In this document: in pieces, positions 53,060 to 62,320 of the stretch
Position numbering within the stretch: the first letter of the stretch is position 1
Layout: every line of letters starts with the position of its first letter
Assembly: GCA_963820525.1 (NCBI GenBank)
Contig: CAWGAA010000001.1
Span: forward strand, 1,472,001 to 1,536,000
DNA length: 64,000 nucleotides
Reading direction: 5' to 3'
From: an uncultured Spirochaetota bacterium
GTDB taxonomy: Bacteria > Spirochaetota > Spirochaetia > SZUA-6 > Fen-1364
Made by a program: the position numbers and the translations under genes
Notes under the pieces: generated by a model
Seen by the model: only the letters and a program-made list of their open reading frames with translations
Told to the model about the DNA's origin: nothing
Databases searched by the model: none

Positions 53060-53855
53060 TCAATCTCCTGCCGTCTCCCCGAGCTTCTTGTTTATCTCCT
53101 TGAGCTTCGCTTTCAGCCTTTCGATGGTTCTTTCGATGCGCTCGCGCTCCTGCTCAAGTGACCTCGCGCGCGCTGGAAGGCTTCTTCTTTCCGTTGAACT
53201 TCGCCTTGACCATGTCGGGGCTCTTCCCCTCGATGAGCGCCTCCTGAGCCGCCATACGGGCAGCGTCGTCACGAATCCCCGCGAGGCTCCTCATGTTCTC
53301 GAAGCCCACCCTCGGGTCGAGGTCGTAGGAGCGGGCCTTCATGATGGCCTGCGCGCTTACCCGGGGGAGCCCCAGCACCCGGTCGATATAGTCGGTGAAG
53401 CTCGTGTGGTGGCGCGCGCAGAGCTCGTGCGCCGTTATCAGGAGCTTCCCCAGGTCCTTCATCAGGGATCCGCTCACCGCGATGAACTTGTCCTTGATCT
53501 CCCGGGTGAGGGAGCGGAACTCCTCGATTTCCTCGAAGGGATTCTCGTACACTCCCTTCTCCTCCGCCTCGAAGAGCAGGGAATGGAAGAGGTTCCAGAA
53601 GGCCGTGGTGTGGGTGCGCACCGAGATGGGAGCGGCCGCCGTGGTGAACTGGATGTGATGCGCGTACTCGTGGATGGCCGTGTAGAGCAGCTCGTTGTCG
53701 CTTTCGAAGTTCTTGTTGTGGAGGATGATCTCGCGGCTGTTCGGCTTGTACAGGCCGTTCACCTTGTTGCTCTTCTTGCCCGAGAGAATGACGGCAAAGC
53801 TCTCCTCCGTCTTTCTGATCGACAGGAGGGCGCTCTTCACCTGGTCCTGATTCAT
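53060..53855 (-). CDS. conserved hypothetical HExxH protein, frameshifted near its 3' end
   Basis: IHEYAHH motif; ORF stops at 53154 but a coiled-coil tail continues in another frame to 53060. Confidence 0.75.
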
Positions 53856-53871
53856 CGAATGGCCTCTCCCT

Positions 53872-54183
53872 TCACGGCAGGCCGATGAGAAGCTTGTCCT
53901 CGTGACACGTCAGGCGGACGTGGCGCGGCTTGCCCAGCTCCTTCCATCGGGAGAGATTCATCCGCACCGTGGCGAGGCTGCACTCGTTCTTCAAATGCAC
54001 GGTTCCCTCCATGCAGTTCCCATTGCCCGCGAGGAAATCCTCATCGTCCGTGCCCGCATAGATCCTCATCCTGTTGCTCATGGCAAGAAGCCCCAGATCG
54101 TAGCCGTCATTGGGGTGGAGGACGATCTCATCCCTGCCCAGCGTGAGATCTCCCATGGCTGTAAGATGGTCAGCGGTTTTCAT
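53872..54183 (-). CDS. hypothetical protein
   Basis: 103-aa ORF with RBS, co-oriented with its neighbours. Confidence 0.65.
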   Translation of the reverse strand: MKTADHLTAMGDLTLGRDEIVLHPNDGYDLGLLAMSNRMRIYAGTDDEDFLAGNGNCMEGTVHLKNECSLATVRMNLSRWKELGKPRHVRLTCHEDKLLIGLP

Positions 54184-54390
54184 CCTGTTCCCCAGCGGCG
54201 ATAATAAGGGAAATCGACAACCGGTTCAATGCTGCGGAGCGACACGGCCAGAGAAGCGCCCCAACGCCGCACTGCGTCGGCTCCCCGAAGGCGCGCCAGC
54301 CCTGAACGCCGCAGATTAAGGAAACTTAACACAAACGCAACGACTTCTGAATCAAATCCTGGTATGATCGGAGCCAGGAGGTACGGACGA

Positions 54391-55902
54391 ATGAGGTTAC
54401 GGTCGCATGCCATCGCACTCGCGGCTTTCCCTGTGCTCCTGGCCGTCGCCGGGCTCGGCTTCGCCCAGCCCAGGGCCGAAAAGACAAGCGGTACGGGACA
54501 ACCGCAGCCGGCGGGCCAGACGCAGAGCCCGCAGCAGATCGCGGAAGCGGCGAAGAACCTGGAGACGATCCAGTACTCGTTCCGGGAGGTGGCCAAGAGA
54601 GTCCTCCCCGTTGTTGTGGAAATAGACGTAGTGGAAGTGGTCAAGCAGCCGGCGCCACAACTGCAGTCTCCCTTCGACTGGTTTTTCAATACGCCGCCGG
54701 AGGGCGGAGGAAAGGGAGGACAGCGGGAGTTCCGAAAGAACGGGCTGGGCTCGGGGATCATCGTACGCCGTTCCGGCAGCCGCTATGACGTGCTCACCAA
54801 CAATCACGTGGTCGGCGACGCTACGCAGATCAGCGTGCAGCTCAACGACCAACGAACGTTCAAGGCCAAGCTGGTCGGCAAGGATCCGCGAAAAGACATC
54901 GCCCTGGTCTCCTTCGAATCGAAGGACGAGCTCCCCGTGGCCGAGCTCGGCGACTCCAACGACCTGCAGGTGGGAGACATCGTGCTCGCCGTGGGGAATC
55001 CCTTCGGATTCGAATCCACCATCACGATGGGAATCGTGAGCGCCCTGGGCAGGCGGGGGCCCCAGTCCCAGGATGTCGCCCAGTACACCGACTACATCCA
55101 GACCGACGCCGCGATCAATCAGGGCAACTCGGGCGGGGCGCTCGTGAACATCCGCGGGCAGGTGGTGGGGATCAACACCTGGATCGCCGCCCCTACCGGC
55201 GGGAGCATCGGCCTGGGCTTCGCGATCCCGATCAACAATGCGACAAAAGACATAGAAGACTTCCTGGCAACAGGCAGGGTGGAGTACGGCTGGCTGGGAG
55301 TCCAGATAACCAGCATCCAGAACGACGCCACGTACGCCGGTTTCGCCAAGGACTTGAACGTCGTCGGGGTGAACGGCGCCTTCGTGCTGAACGTGTACAG
55401 AGGCTCACCTGCCGACAAGGCGGGCATCCTCCCCGGAGACTACATCACAAAGGTCAGCGGCAAGGCGATCAAGGACTCCAGCCAGCTCACCCAGGTGGTG
55501 GGCAGCCTGCTCGCCGGAAGGAGCTACGACTTCGAGCTGATCCGCTTCGGCGAGAAGCAGAAGCTTTCGGTCAAGATCGGGGTTCGCGATGAGAAGGACG
55601 ATGTGGCGCAGTTCAAGAACCTCTGGCCGGGCATGACGGTTGTGGACATAAGCGACGAGGTCCGCCAGCAGGTGGACATTCCCGCGGGAGCAAGCGGCGT
55701 CGTGGTGGGTTACCTGCCCGACAGCGACACCCCGGCATCCATCGCGGGGTTCCGCGTCGGCGATGTCATCTCCGACATCAACGGCAGGCCGGTGAAGTCC
55801 ATGATGGATTTCTACAAGGCGCTCAACGACAAGTCGAAGAAGGAAGTGACCTTCCACCTCACGCGAAAGGGGACCGAGATCAGCATCGGGCTCACGAGGT
55901 GA
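54391..55902 (+). CDS. DegP/HtrA (Do) serine protease with two PDZ domains
   Basis: Signal peptide, TNNHVV, DIAL, GNSGG, two PDZ domains. Confidence 0.96.
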   Translation: MRLRSHAIALAAFPVLLAVAGLGFAQPRAEKTSGTGQPQPAGQTQSPQQIAEAAKNLETIQYSFREVAKRVLPVVVEIDVVEVVKQPAPQLQSPFDWFFNTPPEGGGKGGQREFRKNGLGSGIIVRRSGSRYDVLTNNHVVGDATQISVQLNDQRTFKAKLVGKDPRKDIALVSFESKDELPVAELGDSNDLQVGDIVLAVGNPFGFESTITMGIVSALGRRGPQSQDVAQYTDYIQTDAAINQGNSGGALVNIRGQVVGINTWIAAPTGGSIGLGFAIPINNATKDIEDFLATGRVEYGWLGVQITSIQNDATYAGFAKDLNVVGVNGAFVLNVYRGSPADKAGILPGDYITKVSGKAIKDSSQLTQVVGSLLAGRSYDFELIRFGEKQKLSVKIGVRDEKDDVAQFKNLWPGMTVVDISDEVRQQVDIPAGASGVVVGYLPDSDTPASIAGFRVGDVISDINGRPVKSMMDFYKALNDKSKKEVTFHLTRKGTEISIGLTR

Positions 55903-55937
55903 CAAGAGAGGCGAGCTTCCGGCAAATCTTCATTTTC

Positions 55938-55974
55938 AGAAAACCCGTCGGTTCGGCCGGCGGGTTTTCTCTTT
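55938..55974. terminator. bidirectional intrinsic terminator
   Basis: agaaaacccgtcgg-ttcgg-ccggcgggttttct with A and T tracts. Confidence 0.85.
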
Positions 55975-56017
55975 GTTGGGAACAGAGACGGCCTTGGCGA
56001 ATCACGCCATGACTATG

Positions 56018-56041
56018 CGCGTCCAGCCCGACTCGAACGGG
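56018..56041 (-). repeat. att site: 24-bp copy of a tRNA-Arg 3' end
   Basis: cgcgtccagcccgactcgaacggg, identical to 57447-57470; reverse complement contains the T-arm CCCGTTCGAGTCGGG. Confidence 0.88.
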
Positions 56042-56046
56042 ACAGT

Positions 56047-56298
56047 TCACGCTTTCGGGTACTTCGTGCCTGTCGGTCCTTGCATCGGATGGTCAACCCT
56101 ATATTGCAGATCATTGATCGCAGTCTCATGGTTAGCCAGGATTTCAATTGCCTCAGTGAATAGCTCGGCTAACAACTCTCTCGACTTATCGGGAAGATCA
56201 TTCTTCATTTCAGTGAATCTCGCTTGTACCAAGTTGTGAAGCGCCCGAATCGAATCTATATTCTGCAGAGACTTTCCTCCTGGGTAGGATTGTACCAT
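56047..56298 (-). CDS. hypothetical protein
   Basis: 83-aa ORF with GAGG RBS downstream of hicA. Confidence 0.55.
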   Translation of the reverse strand: MVQSYPGGKSLQNIDSIRALHNLVQARFTEMKNDLPDKSRELLAELFTEAIEILANHETAINDLQYRVDHPMQGPTGTKYPKA

Positions 56299-56318
56299 GC
56301 CTCGTCCAGGTGGTGAGG

Positions 56319-56546
56319 TTATCGCATCTTTAAAAAAGCTCTTCGTGAAATCCCGGCTTCACGTAATATCGCGCGAAGGGTTCCTTCAGGGATATTGCCC
56401 GGATGATTCGGTACTGTGGTCATTTTCCCTGTTTTCGAACTCCGCCAGATCTCGTGACTGCCCTTTGCCATGCGATCAAATTCGAATCCGCAAGCTTTCA
56501 GACGTCGAGTGGTTTCTGTATAATTAAAGCCGGAGAGCCGTCCCAT
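56319..56546 (-). CDS. hicA: HicA family toxin
   Basis: GFEFDRMAKGSHEIW...TTVPNH...GTLRAIL. Confidence 0.93.
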   Translation of the reverse strand: MGRLSGFNYTETTRRLKACGFEFDRMAKGSHEIWRSSKTGKMTTVPNHPGNIPEGTLRAILREAGISRRAFLKMR

Positions 56547-56807
56547 CTAGAGGGCGAAGGCTGTATCAACTTCCAGTTTTCCTCGAATGGGCTTAAGAGC
56601 GGGCGGCATCGGATCTCCATGTTCACAACGAGATAGAATGAGTTTTCGAGCAACATCACGAGCGATATCCATGGCCTCTTCGACAGTACTACCCTGGGCC
56701 ACTAGACCGGGCAGATTTTTTGAGGTCGCAAGATATACACCTTCCGGCAGCTTTTCAATATGCAACCGAAGGGTGAATTCGCTTTCTTGGCAGAGATGCT
56801 TGCTCAT
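56547..56807 (-). CDS. hicB: HicB family antitoxin (short, no DNA-binding domain)
   Basis: YLATSKNLPGLVAQGSTVEEA; directly abuts hicA. Confidence 0.9.
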   Translation of the reverse strand: MSKHLCQESEFTLRLHIEKLPEGVYLATSKNLPGLVAQGSTVEEAMDIARDVARKLILSRCEHGDPMPPALKPIRGKLEVDTAFAL

Positions 56808-56926
56808 TGTTTAACTTCTCCCCCTTTTAAGATCGGCAAGCCCATTGCACAACTTGTACTACACAAAATGTAACACATCTGTAGGGGAATACAACCCCAC
56901 CACCCCCTACACCCGAATTCGGGGTA

Positions 56927-57304
56927 CTACACCCCTTTTCGTGAGGTCTTGACGGCCCAGGTCTGCCAGCGCTCGAGCTCTATCGGCAGGAGATCCCCGA
57001 CACGGAGCTTGACGGACGGCCTGCGAGCAAAGGGCCAAATAGCGGGGTAAGAGGGGTTTACCGCGGAGCGCCTTCAGCTTGGCGCATTCGCTTCCCGTGC
57101 TCCAGAAGGCTCGAAGGAAATCAAGCAGGAGCGGATTCTCCCGGCTCGGGAAGCGGAAAGACGCTCCTTTGCGCGTCGGCGAGCATCGGCCTCGTCATCG
57201 GTGCCGAGAGAGAAGGTCCGAACGTAGCGCCGGGCCTCGGCGCTCTAATACCTGGCGTACCAGGTCGTACCGCGTCGATATAACTGGAAAGGTTCACGCG
57301 CCAT
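56927..57304 (-). pseudogene. 5' remnant of a tyrosine integrase
   Basis: Manual translation MAREPFQLYRRGTTWYARY*SAEARRYVRTFSLGT, then shifted LLDFLRAFW...KPL and ELERWQTWA; begins next to the att site; family assignment by recollection. Confidence 0.65.
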
Positions 57305-57446
57305 ACTTCCCCCTAGGTGCGACAGTCGAGGGAGACAGCCTCCACGGTCCGCGCGCGCTTCCCGCCGTCCGTGCGGCGAGGTCTTTTGCGATTCCCCGGG
57401 CCCTCAGCGGCGCGCATCGTCAGGAAATCATGAAAAACCCTTCGAT

Positions 57447-57491
57447 CGCGTCCAGCCCGACTCGAACGGGCGACCCACAGCTTAGAAGGCT
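57447..57491 (-). repeat. att site: 3' half of tRNA-Arg(UCU), not a complete tRNA
   Basis: Reverse complement AGCC-TTCTAA-GCTGTGGGTCGCCCGTTCGAGTCGGGCTGGACGCG; D-arm and 5' acceptor strand are absent. Confidence 0.85.
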
Positions 57492-57852
57492 TACAGATAT
57501 TCAAACAGTAGTCGGCAGTCACTTTCACCGTTTTGCACAATATCATGGAAAAGCCCGTATTTACAAGGCTTTTTTATAGTTTTCAACAATAGCTGTCCGT
57601 GCTTCGGCGATTGCTTTTCATGTGTTTGCACAAATCCGACGACGACTTGACGACGACCCGCCAACCACCAAAAGCCCATGAAAAAGATTTTCAAAGAAAA
57701 CTGTTGCAAAATATTTTCTAATATGATTTATTTTCTTTGAGGCCGCCACCCCAACCAGAGGCGTCGAAGGGTAAGGGAAACCACGGTGGCCGGGTTTAAG
57801 GCAGGCAGCTCCCCGTGAATGAGCCCTCCAAGCGTTATTTTGGAGGGACACT

Positions 57853-58089
57853 ATGTTCACCTCTATCCCACCTCGGCGGCTCACAATAGAGGAGGCCGCC
57901 AAACGTCTCCACATATCCCGTTCGCTTCTTCAGAAGCTCACGGCAAATGCAGAAATCAGCTCCATCCGTCTCGGGCGCAGGCGCTTTTACGACATAGAAA
58001 CGCTCAAGCGCGAAATAGAGAACAGGGGCCGCCGCGACCGTGTTGACGATCCATCTCGAAAGCAGAGCCAGACAGGTGGTGCGCGATGA
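57853..58089 (+). CDS. excisionase-like HTH protein
   Basis: LTIEEAAKRLHISRSLL...IRLGRRR; GGAGG RBS. Confidence 0.88.
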   Translation: MFTSIPPRRLTIEEAAKRLHISRSLLQKLTANAEISSIRLGRRRFYDIETLKREIENRGRRDRVDDPSRKQSQTGGAR

Positions 58090-59459
58090 GCGACGCCGCC
58101 GCCGAACTTCAATACCCCGAAACTTTCGAGCTGTTCGACCGTCATCCCGAGCTTACAGATATAGGGAATGCAGAGCGATTCGCCACGGTAAACGGGAAAG
58201 ACTTTCGCTGGTGCCCCGCGTGGGGTAAGTGGCTGCATTGGGACGGTGCGCGATGGTGCCCGGATGAGCGGGAGATCACTCTCGACACTGCAATGAAGTT
58301 TATTCGATACTGCCGCGCCATGGCGGAACAGATCGACGACCGAGGGCGCAGAGATGATGTACTCGAAAGCCTCGCAAAATGTGAGTCGCGCTCGAAGCTC
58401 ACTTCGATGATCGAGCTGGTCAAGGCGAAGTTGCCTATTGTGCCCGATGAGCTCGATGAAGATAAAATGGTTTTCAATTGCGCGAACGGGACGCTCGACC
58501 TTCGCAGCGGCGAGATCAGGCAGCATGACCGCGCGGACGGAATCACGAAAGTGTCTCCCGTTTCGTACTCCCCTCTCGCGGAGTGCCCGAAGTGGTTGAC
58601 GTTTCTCGATGAGATCAGCCTCGGCAGGAAGGAGATCGTCGATTTCCTTCAGGCGTTCGTGGGCTACTGTATGACCGGGGAAACACGCGAGCAAGTCTTT
58701 CTCGTTTGCCATGGGCTCGGCCAAAACGGAAAGACTGTTTTCGTGAATACGGTTCTCAACCTTCTCGGCGACTATGGCCGAGAGATGCCAGCGGATCTCC
58801 TGCTTATCAGGAAAAACGAGGGCATTCCCAACGACCTGGCAACCCTTCGCGGACACCGCTTCATAACGTGCGCTGAATCTGAAAGCGGCGCCCGGCTCGC
58901 GGAATCTCGCGTCAAAGCAATGAGTGGGCAGGATGCGATCACGGCCCGCTTCCTGTTTGGGGAATATTTCAGCTTTACGCCGCAGTTCAAGCTCCTCCTC
59001 CGCACTAATCACCGGCCCCGGATCAGGGGATCGGATCATGCGATCTGGAGACGTATCGCGCTCGTGCCCTTTGAGTACCAAGTGCCCCCGGAGAAGCAGA
59101 ATCCGCGTCTCGAAGAAGAGTTGAGGGAGGAGGCGTCTGGTATCCTTCGCTGGGCAGTCGAGGGGTGTCTACGCTGGCAACGCGAGGGACTTGTCCGGCC
59201 AGAGGTTATCAAGGCGGCGACGGAAAGCTACAGAGAGGCCGAGGACATCCTGGGGGATTTTCTGCGGGAAAGGACGACCGCGGACAAGGGTGGCAAGGTG
59301 CAGTCGTCGGTGCTGTATCGCAGTTATGTGAGCTGGACGCAATCGAACGGAGGGCGTCAGATATCTCAAAAGGCGTTCTCTGAAGCGCTGGAAGAGAGAG
59401 GAATGGAGAAAATGACTACGAGAAACGGCGTTTATTGGTTTGGACTGCTCGAAGTGTGA
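58086..59459 (+). CDS. P4-family / D5 SF3 helicase (no primase domain)
   Basis: LTDIGNAERF, NGTLDL, GLGQNGKT Walker A, ITARFL, TNHRP, AIWRRI. Confidence 0.93.
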   Translation: MSDAAAELQYPETFELFDRHPELTDIGNAERFATVNGKDFRWCPAWGKWLHWDGARWCPDEREITLDTAMKFIRYCRAMAEQIDDRGRRDDVLESLAKCESRSKLTSMIELVKAKLPIVPDELDEDKMVFNCANGTLDLRSGEIRQHDRADGITKVSPVSYSPLAECPKWLTFLDEISLGRKEIVDFLQAFVGYCMTGETREQVFLVCHGLGQNGKTVFVNTVLNLLGDYGREMPADLLLIRKNEGIPNDLATLRGHRFITCAESESGARLAESRVKAMSGQDAITARFLFGEYFSFTPQFKLLLRTNHRPRIRGSDHAIWRRIALVPFEYQVPPEKQNPRLEEELREEASGILRWAVEGCLRWQREGLVRPEVIKAATESYREAEDILGDFLRERTTADKGGKVQSSVLYRSYVSWTQSNGGRQISQKAFSEALEERGMEKMTTRNGVYWFGLLEV

Positions 59460-59563
59460 AGGGTGTGAGGGGTGTGAAGGATTGGGCCATTTCTTTCGCG
59501 TATGCAAGACAAGAGATTGATGATAAATAGGGGAACCCTTCACATCCACCACATCCCTCACAG
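59454..59563. repeat. putative replication origin: 3+3 inverted 9-bp iterons
   Basis: GTGTGAAGG, GTGTGAGGG, GTGTGAAGG, then a 56-bp spacer, then CCTTCACAT, CCACCACAT, CCCTCACAG. Confidence 0.75.
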
Positions 59564-59611
59564 AGGGTGCGTGTGCCCTCGGAAGCGAAGGAGTACGACG
59601 GAGCGGAAGGG

Positions 59612-60055
59612 ATGAACACCTTCAAGGCAAAGTGCCGGACGTGCCTGCTCGATATCTCCATGGATCAGGATCCTGTGACGAAGAAATGGCGGCCGGTGGA
59701 CGTGAAGGGCGGGCAAATGCTCGCTCATCGTTGCATTGATACTTTCACGACGATCTGCAAGTTTTGCGGGGAGTCCATTCGATTACACAAAGAGGGAGAG
59801 AAGTGGCTATCATTCCAGCCGGAAGGAGAGTTTCTTCCTCATCGTTGCCGAGAGAAAGCGGAGAGCAAGGCGAAGGAGGAGCGCGAGCTTGCAAGAGCGA
59901 AAAAGGCGCGTCGTGCAGCCTGGCTCGCAGATCACCCCGAAGAGACAGCAAGAGCAGCGGCGCGGCATCGAGTCAAGGAAGAGGTTTCGGAGTATGATGC
60001 GGCTGTTGTGCGCCAGGTCGAGGCGGACGATGGATTTGAGGACGATATCCCGTAG
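59612..60055 (+). CDS. hypothetical tandem CxxC...HxC protein with an acidic tail
   Basis: CRTC...W...HRC and CKFC...W...HRC; ends DDGFEDDIP. Confidence 0.7.
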   Translation: MNTFKAKCRTCLLDISMDQDPVTKKWRPVDVKGGQMLAHRCIDTFTTICKFCGESIRLHKEGEKWLSFQPEGEFLPHRCREKAESKAKEERELARAKKARRAAWLADHPEETARAAARHRVKEEVSEYDAAVVRQVEADDGFEDDIP

Positions 60056-60490
60056 TGAAGGGGGCGCAATTGTGAGCAAGATAGTTTCTAATCCCGAGCC
60101 GGAAAGGAGCAAGCATCCAGCCGAAGACTCCTGGCGAAAGCTAAGGGGAAAAATGGTTACGCTCTGGGCGCGTATGCCGCAGATGAGCTTCATGTTCGAC
60201 GTCCTGAGGCTGCGGCGGATAAAAGGAAAGCGGTCCTTTTGTGCCCGACAAAATGCATCACGTTGCCAAAAGGAAGGACGAAAGAAAACTACCTATAATA
60301 GGAGATTCTCGAAACAAACAACCAAATGAGTGTACTGAAAAAAAGCCAAAGGGTAGTCACTGATAGCTAACTCCAAGCAGGTAAAAACCAACAGAACCCG
60401 GACAACCGCAAAGCGATGGCTAGCCGCAACATAACCTACGATCTGCCAGCGTTGCCGGCGGATCTTGACGCCGAGCTGGAGCGGTAGGCG

Positions 60491-60748
60491 GTGCTAAAGG
60501 CAGAGGTGCGCAGGCGTCTCGCGGGCGCGGCTGGGATGAGCCGCCCCCATGGGGCCGCGCTGCCCCCTCCCCTCTGCCAGCCCGCTGATTATCCGGAGAC
60601 ATGCTGGCGGTGCGGGCGAGTACTCGGCTCCGACCAAGCGCCAGAGATCCAGGTTGAGGGGGTCATGGTTAAGGTTCACCCTGGTTGTGTGAAGTGGCCA
60701 ACGTTCTCTCGAAACGACGAGGAAGATTTCGACTATCTGCGGTCATGA
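60491..60748 (+). CDS. small hypothetical protein with CxxC...HxxC
   Basis: CWRC...HPGC; start uncertain. Confidence 0.45.
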   Translation: MLKAEVRRRLAGAAGMSRPHGAALPPPLCQPADYPETCWRCGRVLGSDQAPEIQVEGVMVKVHPGCVKWPTFSRNDEEDFDYLRS

Positions 60749-60901
60749 ACCACGAAAGGAAGGGACATTGCTTGCTTTGGGGGGAGAGCTTAACGGGCAG
60801 CCAGCGGCGGCACCAGAGGCAAAAAGGGAGTGGAAAAAGCAGCATTCGAACCCGGACGGAGGCGACTGACCGACGCGGAGTTGTCCACCGGCGCCATGTT
60901 A

Positions 60902-60930
60902 TTGCAGCGCGGACGTGAGGACATTATAAT
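60902..60930 (+). promoter_or_regulatory. sigma70 promoter of the R-M operon
   Basis: TTGCAG-17bp-TATAAT, followed by AAGGGAG RBS. Confidence 0.7.
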
Positions 60931-60955
60931 GGCAAGGGATACTAAGGGAGCACGA

Positions 60956-62308
60956 ATGCCTGCACGCAAGTACAACGTCGTTTCGCTCTTCTCCGGGGCC
61001 ATGGGCCTCGACATCGGCCTCCAACAGACGGGCCGCTTCCATGTAGTCGCTTGTGTCGAGATAGAGAGTGCCTTCTGCGAGACCATTCGTGTGAACCTAG
61101 CTTCTGGAAGGCTCCACAAAGACGCCAAAGTTTTCGAGGCGGACATTTCCCAACTGGACCCGGAGAAAGTCCTACGGGCCGTCGGCCTGCGTCCTGGCGC
61201 AGTTGATCTGCTCGTTGGAGGACCACCATGCCAATCCTTCAGCACGGCAGGTCGACGCAGAACGACCCAGGATCCCCGTGGCACACTTTTGTGGCAGTTC
61301 TTGCGATTTGTGGCGGCCATAAGACCGCGCTTCTTCTTGATGGAGAATGTCCGGGGGCTCCTGTCCGCGGCCCTGCGGCATCGCCCCATCGCTATGCGGC
61401 CCGAGAAAGGCGGCCCCCCACTCATGCCTGACGAGATGCCCGGATCTGTTGTCAGGCTTTTCGCGGAAGACCTGCAAAGCATCCCCGAAGCCGCGTATCA
61501 CATGGACTGCTTTGAGGTTAACGCAGTCAACTACGGCGCCCCCCAACTCCGCGAACGCGCCCTGTTCATCGGAAACCGGTATGATGTCGCAGTGGATTTC
61601 CCGAACCCCACCCACGCCAATCCCGAGACAATCGGCGGCCAACAAGCGACCCTCTTTGATGAGGCACGTTCATTGTACCGCTGGGCCACTCTTCGCGACG
61701 CTATCGGCGACCTCGATAACCCTGGGGACGTTCTCATGGACTTCAGTCCTCGCAAAAAGCGCTACCTCGCTAAGGTGCCGCCTGGCTCGAACTGGCGGAG
61801 CCTCTCGTTAGAAGACCAGCGCGAGTCCATGGGGCAGGCTTGGCACGCCAAGGGCGGTCGGTCGGGATGGTGGCGCCGCCTAACTTTCGACCTTCCCTGT
61901 CCTACCCTCGTCACGATGCCGAACCATGCCGGTACCTCGCTGTGCCATCCGTCCGAGATCCGGGCCCTCACACTGAAGGAGTACGCCCGAATCCAAGAAT
62001 TCCCTGACGCCTGGGAGTTTAGCGGGACACCGGCCGAACAGTACGCCCAAGTCGGGAACGCCGTCCCGGTCCGCCTTGGTCGAGTTGCCGGAGAAGTAAT
62101 TGCGAAGGAGCTCGACAACCTTCGCGCTCGCAGGTGGCGCCGCGCCGAACAGAAACCGGACTCCTATCGAGTGATCTATGTCCAATCGCACGTGCGCACC
62201 AGGCAGTGGTATAGGGACGGGCAAACTTTCGTCTGGCAAGACGGCGCCGAAAACGGCCAGGCTAGCTACTCTGCGCCCAAGACGAAGCGCAAAGCTAAGG
62301 CACTTTAG
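60956..62308 (+). CDS. DNA (cytosine-5) methyltransferase
   Basis: LFSGAMG, GGPPCQSFS, ENVRG, QLRER, QVGNAVP. Confidence 0.97.
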   Translation: MPARKYNVVSLFSGAMGLDIGLQQTGRFHVVACVEIESAFCETIRVNLASGRLHKDAKVFEADISQLDPEKVLRAVGLRPGAVDLLVGGPPCQSFSTAGRRRTTQDPRGTLLWQFLRFVAAIRPRFFLMENVRGLLSAALRHRPIAMRPEKGGPPLMPDEMPGSVVRLFAEDLQSIPEAAYHMDCFEVNAVNYGAPQLRERALFIGNRYDVAVDFPNPTHANPETIGGQQATLFDEARSLYRWATLRDAIGDLDNPGDVLMDFSPRKKRYLAKVPPGSNWRSLSLEDQRESMGQAWHAKGGRSGWWRRLTFDLPCPTLVTMPNHAGTSLCHPSEIRALTLKEYARIQEFPDAWEFSGTPAEQYAQVGNAVPVRLGRVAGEVIAKELDNLRARRWRRAEQKPDSYRVIYVQSHVRTRQWYRDGQTFVWQDGAENGQASYSAPKTKRKAKAL

Positions 62309-62320
62309 CAGGAGAGAACC

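Larger units (their letters stand above)
56018..57470. mobile_element. decayed 1.4-kb integrative element
   Basis: Flanked by 24-bp direct repeats; lower GC; contains an integrase remnant and hicBA. Confidence 0.8.

Noticed and set aside
54320..54350. Sigma-E-type promoter for degP (GAAACTT...TCTGA)
   Set aside because: Spacing is longer than consensus; too weak to call
57447..57491. Intact tRNA-Arg gene
   Set aside because: Only the anticodon loop to the 3' end is present; there is no D-arm or 5' acceptor strand, so it is treated as an att site
59454..59563. CRISPR array
   Set aside because: Repeats are 9 bp, adjacent and inverted with no spacers; no cas genes or arrays seen in the window
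60070..60329. Possible small ORF in the satellite-like element
   Set aside because: No recognisable motif and ambiguous frame; cannot be supported from sequence alone
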